Positions 35,507-45,204 of a stretch of DNA of 64,000 bases are shown here, piece by piece (position 1 is the first letter of the stretch; each line of letters starts with the position of its first letter). Origin of the DNA: Candidatus Harrisonbacteria bacterium (GTDB taxonomy: Bacteria; Patescibacteriota; Minisyncoccia; UBA6257; UBA11618); NCBI GenBank assembly GCA_023244855.1, contig JAHFLO010000002.1, positions 8,017 through 72,016 on the forward strand. Reading direction: 5' to 3'. The translations under genes and the position numbers were made by a program. The notes beneath the pieces were generated by a model, which was not told the origin of the DNA, searched no databases, and saw only the letters and a list, made by a program, of their open reading frames with translations.

Positions 35507-38317
35507 ATGCTTAACGCAAAAGAAAAATTAAACCTGCCGGCCGTCGAAGAAAAAGTCCTCGTGTTTTGGAAACAGAAGGATATTTTCAAGAAAAGCCTGA
35601 AGGCGCGCGAGGGTGGCGCCGAATTTGTTTTTTATGAAGGGCCGCCGACGGCCAATGCCCGCCCCGGCACACACCATATGATCGGCCGTGCGTTTAAGGA
35701 TGTTATCCCGCGGTACAAGGCTATGTGTGGGTACCACGTGCCGCGCCGTGCGGGCTGGGATACGCACGGACTTCCGGTAGAGATCGAGGTGGAAAAAGAG
35801 CTCGGCATAAAATCCAAGCCAGAGATCGAAACGTACGGCATCGCGGCATTCAACGCTAAGGCAAAGGCGAGTGTATGGAAGTATAAAGAAGAATGGGAGC
35901 GCCTTACGGAGCGTGTGGGCTTTTGGCTTGATATGGAAAAGCCCTACATAACGTACGACAACGCGTACGTGGAAAAGCTATGGGGTGTATTAAAGAAAGT
36001 TAACGAACGGGGATTGTTATATAAGGGCCATAAGGTGGTGCCGTGGTGCACGCGGTGCGGCACCGCGCTTTCTTCGCATGAGTTAGCGCAGGGGTATAAG
36101 GAAGTTACGGATACGTCGGCGTATGTGAGCTTTGAGCTTATGGACGGCACGCATAAGGGCAGTCATGTGGTTGCGTGGACTACAACTCCATGGACCCTTT
36201 TAGGGAATGTCGCTTTGGCGGTTAATTCTACACATACGTTTGTTACGGTGCCGGATGCCGGTAAGGTTTTTATAGTAGAAAAAAACGCAGCATTGCGTAT
36301 GAAGTTGCCTATCGATAAGGAATTTCCGGCGAGCGAGCTTTTGGGCGCAACGTATGCGTCGCTCTTCGAGGTACCGGTTCTCAAGTCCGAAAAGTCGCAC
36401 AAGGTTTACGCGGCGGATTTCGTGACGAACGAAAGCGGTACGGGCATTGTCCACACGGCCGTCATGTACGGCGAGGACGACTACGCTTTGGGTGCGGCGC
36501 TCGGCCTGCCTATGGCGCATACGGTAGACGAAGCGGGTAATTTTACGGTTGCCGTACCCGCGGACTTTAAGGGTCTGCGCGCTAAGAACGCGACGACGGA
36601 GGAAAAGATAATTGCGCATATCAAGGACGCCGGCCGATTGCTGATGACCGAGCCGTATAAGCACGACTACCCGTTCTGCTGGCGGTGCGGCACGGCAGTG
36701 CTCTACTACGCAACGGACGCGTGGTTCATCGCCATGTCGAAATTACGCAATGAATTGCACGCGGCTAATGCCACGGTCAATTGGACGCCATCACACATTA
36801 AAGACGGCCGCTTTGGCGAGTGGGTGGATAACGTAAAGGACTGGGCGCTATCGCGCGCGCGGTACTGGGGGACGCCGTTACCGGTATGGGAATGCACTCC
36901 GTGCGGCACGTATAAAGTAATCGGCTCGCTTGCGGATCTGCCCGAGCAGCCGAAGGATGCAGCGGGTACTATAGACGTGCACCGCCCGTTTATCGACGTA
37001 ATAACAATCCCATGCGAAAAATGCGGTGGGAAAATGGCGCGCGTGAAGGATGTGCTTGATGTATGGTTCGATTCCGGCGCGATGCCGTTTGCTTCTGAAG
37101 AATTCCCCAAGCGCTATCCGGCGGATTATATTTGCGAAGCTATAGATCAGACGCGCGGATGGTTTTATACCCTGATGGCCGTCGGCGTGCTTATGGAACA
37201 GGGAAGTCCGTATAAGAACGTCACGTGCTACTCGCACCTTTTGGATAAACTCGGCAAGAAAATGTCTAAGTCCAAAGGGAATGGTGTGGACCCATGGGAG
37301 CTTTTGAATGCGCATGGGGCGGATGCCGTGCGGTGGCACTTCTATTCGAGCGCTATCGTGAAGGAGGCGCAGAAGTTCGACGAACGTGACTTCGGTAAAG
37401 GCTCCCGCGCGTTTATTTCGCTTATTTATAATTCGTTCGTCTTCCTAGAGACGTACGGCAAGGATGCGCCTACTTTCTCTTTTTTGGATAATCCGGCAAA
37501 CGTTCTCGATAGGTGGATCATAAGCCGCTTGCATGAAACGGCAGGGGATGTTGCCGCTCGCCTTGATGCGTACGAAGTGGCGGAAGCGACGCAGGTACTT
37601 GAATCGTTTGCGGATGACTTATCTCGTTGGTACTTGCGCCGGTCGCGCAAGCGTGCGGAGGCATTGCCGGTATTACGCTACGTGCTTTTGGAAACGAGTA
37701 AGCTTGTCGCTCCCTTTATGCCATTCTTCGCCGAGGCGTTATATCAGTCGCTTAAGGGCGAAAAAGAATCCGTGCATATGGAGGACTGGTTCGCACCGCA
37801 GGGGGCTGTTATTGGCAATGAATTAAACGAGGGTATGGCCGAGGTGCGGCGCGTGGCGAGCTTGGCGCTTGCGAGCCGCGCCGAAGAAAAGCTAAAGGTG
37901 CGCCAGCCTTTGGCATCGCTTACGGTTAAATCATTAGTGTTGCAGGGTAAGTCTGAATTATGCACAATCCTTGCGGATGAAGTGAACGTGAAAGAAATCT
38001 GTTTTGATGAAAAGCTGGAAAAAGAAATCGCGCTCGATATAGTAATCACGCCCGAGCTCGAACGCGAAGGAATCTACCGCGACTTGGTGCGTATGGCGCA
38101 GGGCCTGCGGCAAGCTGCCGGCTGCAGTCCGCATGATGCGGTGACGCTATACGTCGAGGTGGGGGATAAAGCGCGCACTACGCTCGAAGCCATGCGCGTA
38201 GAATTCCTAAAAGACGTGAATGCAAAAGATATTGTATTCGCCCGCACGGAAAAGTTCTCAGCCGAATCAAACGAAGAGATTGCTGGCGCATCCGCATGGA
38301 TGGGGTTGGTTATTTGA
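35507..38317 (+). CDS. ileS: Isoleucine--tRNA ligase (type 2)
   Basis: FYEGPPTANARPGTHH, GWDTHGLP, WTTTPWTL, DWALSRARYWG, DQTRGWF, KMSKS. Confidence 0.96.
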   Translation: MLNAKEKLNLPAVEEKVLVFWKQKDIFKKSLKAREGGAEFVFYEGPPTANARPGTHHMIGRAFKDVIPRYKAMCGYHVPRRAGWDTHGLPVEIEVEKELGIKSKPEIETYGIAAFNAKAKASVWKYKEEWERLTERVGFWLDMEKPYITYDNAYVEKLWGVLKKVNERGLLYKGHKVVPWCTRCGTALSSHELAQGYKEVTDTSAYVSFELMDGTHKGSHVVAWTTTPWTLLGNVALAVNSTHTFVTVPDAGKVFIVEKNAALRMKLPIDKEFPASELLGATYASLFEVPVLKSEKSHKVYAADFVTNESGTGIVHTAVMYGEDDYALGAALGLPMAHTVDEAGNFTVAVPADFKGLRAKNATTEEKIIAHIKDAGRLLMTEPYKHDYPFCWRCGTAVLYYATDAWFIAMSKLRNELHAANATVNWTPSHIKDGRFGEWVDNVKDWALSRARYWGTPLPVWECTPCGTYKVIGSLADLPEQPKDAAGTIDVHRPFIDVITIPCEKCGGKMARVKDVLDVWFDSGAMPFASEEFPKRYPADYICEAIDQTRGWFYTLMAVGVLMEQGSPYKNVTCYSHLLDKLGKKMSKSKGNGVDPWELLNAHGADAVRWHFYSSAIVKEAQKFDERDFGKGSRAFISLIYNSFVFLETYGKDAPTFSFLDNPANVLDRWIISRLHETAGDVAARLDAYEVAEATQVLESFADDLSRWYLRRSRKRAEALPVLRYVLLETSKLVAPFMPFFAEALYQSLKGEKESVHMEDWFAPQGAVIGNELNEGMAEVRRVASLALASRAEEKLKVRQPLASLTVKSLVLQGKSELCTILADEVNVKEICFDEKLEKEIALDIVITPELEREGIYRDLVRMAQGLRQAAGCSPHDAVTLYVEVGDKARTTLEAMRVEFLKDVNAKDIVFARTEKFSAESNEEIAGASAWMGLVI

Positions 38318-38349
38318 TTCTCCCAATTCCAGATTAATATTCCAGATCG

Positions 38350-38389
38350 ATTTACTATGAATATGCCGGTCGGCGTATTCATAGTAAAT
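38350..38389. repeat. Palindromic dispersed element, copy B
   Basis: ATTTACTATGAATATGCC-GGTC-GGCGTATTCATAGTAAAT; related to 25438-25479. Confidence 0.8.
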
Positions 38390-38431
38390 GAGGTAATTAG
38401 AGTTAGTGGCTTGGGAGATGTAGTCTGCGGC

Positions 38432-39412
38432 CTAAAGAAGGCCGATTTTCTTTTTGATTTCTACGAGCTTGGCGTTTGCCACGAGGTTTGCGGCTTTAGC
38501 GCCGCGGGTAGCGACTTTCCATAACGCTTCGGGCTTAGCGAGTAGCTTCGCTTTCTTTTTGCGGAACGGAGTGAATTTCTTTATGGCGACTTTCGCAATG
38601 GCTTTTTTAAATACGGAATATTTTGCGTCTTTATATTCGGCTACGAGGTCGTCTACGGAACGGTCCGTGACGTTAGCGAATATTGTAAGGAGGTTCGCGA
38701 TACCCGCTTTATTTTCCGGGTCGTACGTAATGCCGCTACCGCTATCCGTCACTGCCGCCATTAACTTTGCCGTAACGTCTTCGGGTGTGTCGTCGAGGAA
38801 GAGGCATCCCGCGGGCTCGGACTTAGACATTTTGCGCAGGGGGTCCGTAAGGCTCATTACGCGCGGCGTAGGCGTAAGGAGCGGCTGGGGTTCCACGAGC
38901 GTTTCGCCGAAGCGATTGTTAAATTTGCGCACGAGCGTGCGCGTGAGCTCTAAGTGTTGTAACTGGTCGTCGCCTACGGGTACGGCAACCGCATCGTAGA
39001 GTACGATATCTGCCGCCATGAGTACGGGGTAGGTGAAGAGCGCGACGTTCGATTCTTCTTGCCGCGCAGATTTATCTTTAAACTGCGTCATACGTGAAAG
39101 CTCGCCGAAGGGGGTAATAGTCGATAATATCCACGCGAGCTCAGAGTGCGCCGGCACGTGCGACTGCACAAAGAGCGTCGAGCGCTTAGGGTCTATGCCC
39201 GCGGCGATGAAGCTCGCGAGAGTATCCAAAACTTGTGCGTGCTTTTGCGAAGCGTCGTACGGCTCGGTAATGGAGTGGAGGTCGACAGCCATGAAAAAGC
39301 ACCGGTGCGCGCCGGCATCTTGCAAGGTGACGTGATTTTTAAGAGCGCCTAAGTAGTTGCCGATATGGAGTCGGCCGGAGGGTTGGATGCCCGAGACGAG
39401 GTTTTGTTGCAT
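38432..39412 (-). CDS. trpS: Tryptophan--tRNA ligase
   Basis: SGIQPSGRLHIGNYLGA, YPVLMAADI, VPVGDDQLQHLE, KMSKS. Confidence 0.97.
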   Translation of the reverse strand: MQQNLVSGIQPSGRLHIGNYLGALKNHVTLQDAGAHRCFFMAVDLHSITEPYDASQKHAQVLDTLASFIAAGIDPKRSTLFVQSHVPAHSELAWILSTITPFGELSRMTQFKDKSARQEESNVALFTYPVLMAADIVLYDAVAVPVGDDQLQHLELTRTLVRKFNNRFGETLVEPQPLLTPTPRVMSLTDPLRKMSKSEPAGCLFLDDTPEDVTAKLMAAVTDSGSGITYDPENKAGIANLLTIFANVTDRSVDDLVAEYKDAKYSVFKKAIAKVAIKKFTPFRKKKAKLLAKPEALWKVATRGAKAANLVANAKLVEIKKKIGLL

Positions 39413-39444
39413 GGGGTTATGCTAGCGCGTTTTACCTTCAAAAT

Positions 39445-39470
39445 AAAATACGGCCCGTAGGCCGTATTTT
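39445..39470 (-). terminator. Terminator after rnj
   Basis: AAAATACGGCC-CGTA-GGCCGTATTTT. Confidence 0.75.
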
Positions 39471-39478
39471 AGTTTTAA

Positions 39479-41146
39479 CTAGACTTCGATAACTACTGGT
39501 AGGATCATCGGCCGGCGCTTAGTGCGCTGGTAGAGGAAGGCGCCGATCTGGTCGCGGATTAACGACTTCGCGAATTCGGGGTCGAGCGTCTGCGTTTCGG
39601 GCATCTTCTCGATAATGTTTTTCACTTTGCGGCGCACTTCTTCCACGAGCTCTTGGTTGTCTTTCAAGTAGATGAAGCCGCGGGAGATGATGTCGGGTTT
39701 CTTTAAAAGCTTGCCGGTCTTCCTGTCCAAAGTGACGATCATGACCATCATGCCTTCGTCGGAGAGGATTAAGCGGTCGCGCAAAACGATTTCGCCCACG
39801 TCGCCCACACCCAAGCCGTCTACCATTACCATGAACGATTCTACTTGTTCCTTGGTGATCTTCGCGGTTTCTTTTGTGAATTCCGCCACCATGCCGTTGT
39901 CCATCATAAGCGTGTTCTCTTTCGGGATGCCGGCTTCGATGGCATTTTCGCGGTTCGCTGCGCGCTTGAAGTACTTACCGTGCACAGGGATGAAGAACGT
40001 CGGGCGCATCGCGCGCATCATGAGCTTCATGTCCTCGCGCGGGCCGTGACCGGAGGCGTGGATGTCTATGTGGCTCGACTGGAAGACGGTCGCGCCTTGG
40101 CGCGAGAGGTTGTCTTTCAAAATTTCAACCGCACCTTCGTTGCCAGGGACGATGGAGGACGAAAGCACGAAGCTATCTCCCTCTTTCGCCGTAATAAAGC
40201 GGTGCTGGCCGTTAGCAATTTTCATAAGCTGGGCGTTCGCTTCGCCCTGCGCGCCGGTGCAGACAATGAGTACCTTTTCGTCCTTGTACTTATGCAGGTC
40301 CTCGATGGGGAGTACGGCGTCCTTTTCGAATTTCAGGTAGCCTAAGTTTTGCGCGATCTGCAGGTTGGCCTTCATGCTGAAGCCGGCGACAAATACCTTG
40401 CGGTTTATCCTGCCGGCGATCTTCACGATTTCGCCCAAGCGGGTGATCATCGAGGCGAACGTGGCGACGATGATGCGGCCCTTCGCCTTAGCGAACAGGT
40501 CTTCGAGGTTTTTCACGACGACGCGTTCGGCGACGGACTGGCCGTCCCTGTCCGCGTTCGTGCTTTCCATAATAAGGGTGTGTATACCCATGTCGCCGAT
40601 TTTCTTAAAGGATTCGATGTCTGTCGGCTTACCGTCGTCATCGTAGTCGAGGCGGAAGTCCGTAACGTGCACGATGTTGCCGATGGCGGTTTTAAGTACC
40701 ACACCCATGGTGTCGGGGATGGTGTGGTCAAGGTCAAAGAATTCGGCGGTAATGTCGGCCGAAAGCTTTGCCGTGTCGCCGTGCTTAATCGTAACGATGT
40801 TGAGCTTCGGCTGGTTAGGGAAGTCGTCTTGGCGCTTTAAGATAATCTCGCGGGCGATTGCGGAGGTATAGATTGTGGGGTTACCGAGCTTAGCCATCAC
40901 GTAGGGGATGGCGCCGATGTGGTCGTAGTGACCGTGCGTGATTATAAGCGCGCGGATTTTATCTTTCTTCTCTTCGAGATATTTGACGTTCGGGATGATG
41001 TAGTCGATCCCTGGCGTTGAGTCTTCGGGGAACTGCAGTCCCATGTCGATAACGACAATCGAATCCTCGTTTTCTATGAACATGCAGTTGCGGCCGATTT
41101 CTTCTAAGCCGCCTAACGGTACGTATTTTATAACTGGTTCTGCCAT
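39479..41146 (-). CDS. rnj: Ribonuclease J
   Basis: PLGGLEEIGRN, ITHGHYDHIG, HTIPD, IHASGH, PVHG, RRPMILPV. Confidence 0.96.
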   Translation of the reverse strand: MAEPVIKYVPLGGLEEIGRNCMFIENEDSIVVIDMGLQFPEDSTPGIDYIIPNVKYLEEKKDKIRALIITHGHYDHIGAIPYVMAKLGNPTIYTSAIAREIILKRQDDFPNQPKLNIVTIKHGDTAKLSADITAEFFDLDHTIPDTMGVVLKTAIGNIVHVTDFRLDYDDDGKPTDIESFKKIGDMGIHTLIMESTNADRDGQSVAERVVVKNLEDLFAKAKGRIIVATFASMITRLGEIVKIAGRINRKVFVAGFSMKANLQIAQNLGYLKFEKDAVLPIEDLHKYKDEKVLIVCTGAQGEANAQLMKIANGQHRFITAKEGDSFVLSSSIVPGNEGAVEILKDNLSRQGATVFQSSHIDIHASGHGPREDMKLMMRAMRPTFFIPVHGKYFKRAANRENAIEAGIPKENTLMMDNGMVAEFTKETAKITKEQVESFMVMVDGLGVGDVGEIVLRDRLILSDEGMMVMIVTLDRKTGKLLKKPDIISRGFIYLKDNQELVEEVRRKVKNIIEKMPETQTLDPEFAKSLIRDQIGAFLYQRTKRRPMILPVVIEV

Positions 41147-41184
41147 ATTTTTTTCGTTTATTTTATTATTTCTTAATTTCTATG

Positions 41185-41267
41185 TGTCGAGAGAGGGACT
41201 CGAACCCTCATGACCTTGCGGTCGCTGGCTCCTGAAGCCAGTGCGTCTGCCATTCCGCCACCTCGAC
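41185..41267 (-). tRNA. tRNA-Leu(CAG)
   Basis: Cloverleaf with long variable arm; anticodon loop TTCAGGA. Confidence 0.93.
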
Positions 41268-41367
41268 GTTGATTTCTTATATAGTATGCGATTTGGCTAC
41301 AGGAGGACACTTAGTCCTACTATAATAGCATTAATACACTCCGTAATGCAAATCTATGATAATGGGA

Positions 41368-43026
41368 TTATTCTTTAAATTGTCTTTTTGTCCGTACGTA
41401 CCATGCGCCCGCATCCTTTAGTCGGTCACTCGGAGCGATAAGGCCTTCGGTATTGAATCCATGTAGGTTTGCGGGAATTGCATATAGGTAGTTGGGGTTT
41501 ATAAGGAATGCCGCCGGCGCGTCGTCATGGATAAGTCGTTGTAGTTTTTTAAGCTCCGCTATATCGGGTTTTTCCGCTTTTTGGATGTCCGTAAGGATTA
41601 CGTCGGCTTCTTTGTTTTCGTACATAGAAAGGTTAAGTCCTGGGTGGAATTTTTGGGACGAGTGCCAGAAGGCGAATACGTCGGGATTTTCCTTAAGGAC
41701 GTTTCCGAATACCGCCATTTCGTAATTCCGCGTCTTGATCGGGCCTTTCTGCATATCTTCGCTGGTCATGGGGGAAATTGTTACGCGCACGCCGATCGCG
41801 GCCCATTCGGCTTTCACTATTTCCATTGTCTGTATAAGGAGCGGCAGGTCGGGGACAAGTACGGTGAATTCGAGTCTCGTCCGGTCTCGGCCGACGGTTT
41901 TATAGCGCACCCCGTCTTCGGGGTTCACGAGCCAGCCCGCGGCATCGAGTAATTGCCGTGCGGATTCTACGGGATTTTCCGCTGTTTGGAATGCTGTTGC
42001 GTCGTATCCTTCTGTTTGTGCGGGGATCGGCCCCATTGCCGTGCTCGCTTCGCCATGGAATACGTCGTCCGTTATTTTTTTCCGGTCAATAACGAGCGCA
42101 AGCGCTTGGCGCACGCCCTTATCCTTCAGTGCTGGATGAGTGGCGCGGTTGAAGAATATGGCGTAGTAGCGAGGGAGGGAAATGGACGCGAGATGGTGTT
42201 CTACAGCAAGAGATCTGGCTTCGTCTGGTCCGATTCCTCCCAGTCCGTCGATTTCTTTTGCATTGAAGCCAGCAAGCGCGCTTTCTTCGTTCTGATAAAA
42301 ACGTAATGAAAAATTCCTTATGAACGGATGTGGTCCCGCGTAGTTGGGATTCGGAACAAGATTCAGTTCCGTTATATATCCGTTCTTTTCCGTTTCGAGT
42401 CCGGCAAATTTCCATGGCCCCGCACCGACGGGCTCCAGGTTGTACGCGGAGAGCCGTAGGTTTGAAGACGGTATGGCGCCAAATATGTGGCGCGGGGCAA
42501 TCTTTAATGCTCGTACTGTGCTCTCAAAAAATGCGGACGGTTCCCGTAGGGTGAAGCGCAGTTCGTCGTCGTTTGTCTTTTCCACTAACACTCCTTGCCA
42601 TGCGCCTGCCGTAAGCGAGCGCACGAGGATGTCTTGTGCCGTTTCTATGGTAAATACCACGTCGTCAGCAGTAAGGGGTGTGCCGTCGTCCCAGGCAAGA
42701 TTTTTTTTGATTTTTACGGAAACGGTTTTTCGGTCGGGCCCTGCTTCATATGTTTGGATGAGATTCCCGAGCCGTGGGTAGAGAAGTTCTATCGCGCTCG
42801 CGTCCGCATCGTTGCCGCTTGAGAGTAGGGGATTTATGAATGCCGGTTGGCCGACGATACCCTCCGTAAAGGATCCTCCCTCTGCCGGCACTTCCACGGT
42901 CGCGGCGTAATACGCGTTCACGAGAACAAAAAAACCGGCAACGAGAGACGTTATAAGGGCTATGCGGAAAAAAAACCGTTCCTTTTGCGTAAGTGCGGAA
43001 AGGGACTTAGAGAGCAGGTATAACAA
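41368..43026 (-). CDS. ABC-type peptide/nickel substrate-binding protein (family 5), membrane anchored
   Basis: EGIVGQPAFINPLL, WDDGTPLTADDVVFT, PVGAGPW, VRQAL; start uncertain. Confidence 0.88.
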   Translation of the reverse strand: MLYLLSKSLSALTQKERFFFRIALITSLVAGFFVLVNAYYAATVEVPAEGGSFTEGIVGQPAFINPLLSSGNDADASAIELLYPRLGNLIQTYEAGPDRKTVSVKIKKNLAWDDGTPLTADDVVFTIETAQDILVRSLTAGAWQGVLVEKTNDDELRFTLREPSAFFESTVRALKIAPRHIFGAIPSSNLRLSAYNLEPVGAGPWKFAGLETEKNGYITELNLVPNPNYAGPHPFIRNFSLRFYQNEESALAGFNAKEIDGLGGIGPDEARSLAVEHHLASISLPRYYAIFFNRATHPALKDKGVRQALALVIDRKKITDDVFHGEASTAMGPIPAQTEGYDATAFQTAENPVESARQLLDAAGWLVNPEDGVRYKTVGRDRTRLEFTVLVPDLPLLIQTMEIVKAEWAAIGVRVTISPMTSEDMQKGPIKTRNYEMAVFGNVLKENPDVFAFWHSSQKFHPGLNLSMYENKEADVILTDIQKAEKPDIAELKKLQRLIHDDAPAAFLINPNYLYAIPANLHGFNTEGLIAPSDRLKDAGAWYVRTKRQFKE

Positions 43027-43237
43027 GGTTTAATACTGCGAGGCAGACAAAAAGTACTCCGCAAAAAATCGTTGCCCCGAACATGAATTTTTCGAGGCCC
43101 CTGCGGGTATGGTAGCTGCCGCTACCTGAGGCGCCCCCGCCGAATGCTCCGGGGGTGTCCGAAGACTGCTCTTGGAGCGCGATAAGGATTATGAGTAGTA
43201 TCGAAACGGCAACTGTCGCGATTATAAGGATATTCAT
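43007..43237 (-). CDS. secG: Preprotein translocase subunit SecG
   Basis: Two TMs, LIALQ..GAFGG..TRRGLEK. Confidence 0.88.
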   Translation of the reverse strand: MNILIIATVAVSILLIILIALQEQSSDTPGAFGGGASGSGSYHTRRGLEKFMFGATIFCGVLFVCLAVLNLVIPAL

Positions 43238-43241
43238 AATT

Positions 43242-43616
43242 TTAGAGTTCTCCCGATCCGTATATAACAGCCGAAGAGTAGTCGATGAGGGTTATAACGA
43301 GCCCTACGAGGTGGGCGCCGATAACGAGCGCCCATAATCCGTTAATGGTAAGCGAATTCGAATAAATGTCAAGAAAGTACAGGATTCCCGCGCTGATGAC
43401 TATATTGAAGGCGCCGAGGGTGAGCCCTATAAGGGGACTGAAAAAAAGCCTGAGGAGGGGGCGGACGATGAGGTTTAGGAGTGCGAGATACGTCGCTAAA
43501 GGCACGATATGCTCAACGTCGCTTAGAACGAGGAAATCCTTGTCAAAATAGCCAGCAAGAAGCAGGGCAGAAATATTAGCGGTAACCGAGAGGAGTACTT
43601 TGAATAGGAATTCCAT
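43242..43616 (-). CDS. 4-TM membrane protein, phage-holin-like YvlD/DUF360 family
   Basis: LLNLIVRPLL..PL..LTLG.F motif. Confidence 0.75.
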   Translation of the reverse strand: MEFLFKVLLSVTANISALLLAGYFDKDFLVLSDVEHIVPLATYLALLNLIVRPLLRLFFSPLIGLTLGAFNIVISAGILYFLDIYSNSLTINGLWALVIGAHLVGLVITLIDYSSAVIYGSGEL

Positions 43617-43622
43617 GTATCG

Positions 43623-45131
43623 TTATAATCTACCGATAAGGCTTGATCCGGTCATTTCTTGGGGTTTCGGTAGCCCCATAAGCGCAAGGACGGTGGGGGC
43701 GATGTCCGTTAGGAGGCCTACTGTCCCTTCATATGACGGTACGATGGCGCTCACTGGCTTTTCAAGTTCGGCGGCTACGAGGAGTACGGGGACGGGGTTT
43801 GCATTATGGTCGGTTTCCGGTGCCCCGCTTACGGGGTGGCGCATTCTCTCGGCGTTTCCGTGGTCGCTCGTGACTATCAGTGCGCCGCCGCGTGCGAGGA
43901 CGGCCTTCGTTATATTTCCCAGTTCGCGATCGGCGGCACGTACCGCTTTTTTTACCGCTTCGAAGTTACCCGTGTGCGCCATAACATCCGGCGCCGCGAA
44001 ATTCATCACGACAAAATCCGCACCCTCTTCAATCGCGGCTATTCCGCGATCTGCGATTTCCTTCGTCATCATTTCGGGTCGCTCGTCCTTGCGTGCTACG
44101 TTTTCCGCCGGTACGAGAATGCGGTATTCGTTTTTAGGGGGGGTATCCGTGCGGCCGTTCATGAAGCGCGTTACGTGCGGATACCTGCACGTTTCAGCAA
44201 TACGGAATTGAATTTTCCCGTTTTCAGCGAGCACGTCTCCTAGGGTTTTTTGAGGCCGGTCATCCGTGAAGGCCGCAGGCACGGTCGCGCCGAGTCCATA
44301 ATCGGCAACGGTTGCTACGGATACCTTCTTTGGTACGTCCGGCCCTTCTGTCATAAGGCGGACGAGTGCTTGCAGTGCATTGCCATCGCAGTCGAAGAAT
44401 ATGACCGCGTCGTTTTCTTCTACGCCGCGCGGATCCGGCCCTATCGTTGCCGGTTCCGTAAAAATATCATCCATACCGTGCAGGTAGAAATCATGCAGAT
44501 ATGTTTCCGGGTCGTTGGTTTTGAGACCGATTCCAAGAATCGCGTTTTTCGCCGCCGTGTTTTTTTCTTGGTTCCTATCCGTCGCATAATAGCGCCCTAT
44601 GAGTGACCCCAGCCGCACCGTATCGCTCCACGGGACTGCTTTCATTGCCGTGAGCGCGCTTTGCGGGCCGGCGTTCGCGTCGCCTAAAAGCATATGGACG
44701 CGCACGCGCGGAATACTCATGCGCTCCGTAAGTGTAATCAGTGCACGAAGGCGCTCGGCTGATCCATCCGCTGTCTTTCCCGAAACCGATCCCACGAAAT
44801 GCGCCGTCCCTTTTGCTTTCGCAGTGCCCGTAAGCGCCGTGCGGAGTACGGCGTTATCCAAAAACGACCCGTCGCGTATCGAAAGGGCAACTTTCACGGA
44901 TGTCTGGTATATCGTGCGTCCCGCGCCGATCGTAAGGTGGCCGGATTCTCCCGTGCCCGCGGTTTCCCATGGCAGGCCTACCGCGATACCGTGCGATAAA
45001 AGAGCTCCGCTTGGATAGCGGCGGGCGAGACCCTCAAAATTCGCGGGTGAGGCGGCATGGATTGCGTTCGTAATATCGTTTTGACCGATACCCCAGCCGT
45101 CTAAAATAAGAAGCACTACAGTCCGTTTCAT
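43623..45131 (-). CDS. gpmI: 2,3-BPG-independent phosphoglycerate mutase homolog with degenerate active site
   Basis: Start MKRTVVLLILDGWG at 45131; GH..IGAGR, GRYYA.DR, PD..HTG, SDHGNAE; catalytic Ser motif altered. Confidence 0.8.
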   Translation of the reverse strand: MKRTVVLLILDGWGIGQNDITNAIHAASPANFEGLARRYPSGALLSHGIAVGLPWETAGTGESGHLTIGAGRTIYQTSVKVALSIRDGSFLDNAVLRTALTGTAKAKGTAHFVGSVSGKTADGSAERLRALITLTERMSIPRVRVHMLLGDANAGPQSALTAMKAVPWSDTVRLGSLIGRYYATDRNQEKNTAAKNAILGIGLKTNDPETYLHDFYLHGMDDIFTEPATIGPDPRGVEENDAVIFFDCDGNALQALVRLMTEGPDVPKKVSVATVADYGLGATVPAAFTDDRPQKTLGDVLAENGKIQFRIAETCRYPHVTRFMNGRTDTPPKNEYRILVPAENVARKDERPEMMTKEIADRGIAAIEEGADFVVMNFAAPDVMAHTGNFEAVKKAVRAADRELGNITKAVLARGGALIVTSDHGNAERMRHPVSGAPETDHNANPVPVLLVAAELEKPVSAIVPSYEGTVGLLTDIAPTVLALMGLPKPQEMTGSSLIGRL

Positions 45132-45204
45132 AGTTTGCGGAGGTTTATTCTTATATAGTATAGTCTTCGTGTGCATATAAACATACTTTTTTTCACTATT
45201 ATTC

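Noticed and set aside
41325-41352. CIRCE-like inverted repeat
   Set aside because: Poor match to TTAGCACTC-N9-GAGTGCTAA and not upstream of a chaperone gene
43242-43616. Prophage suggested by the holin-like gene
   Set aside because: This 4-TM family is commonly chromosomal; no phage genes nearby
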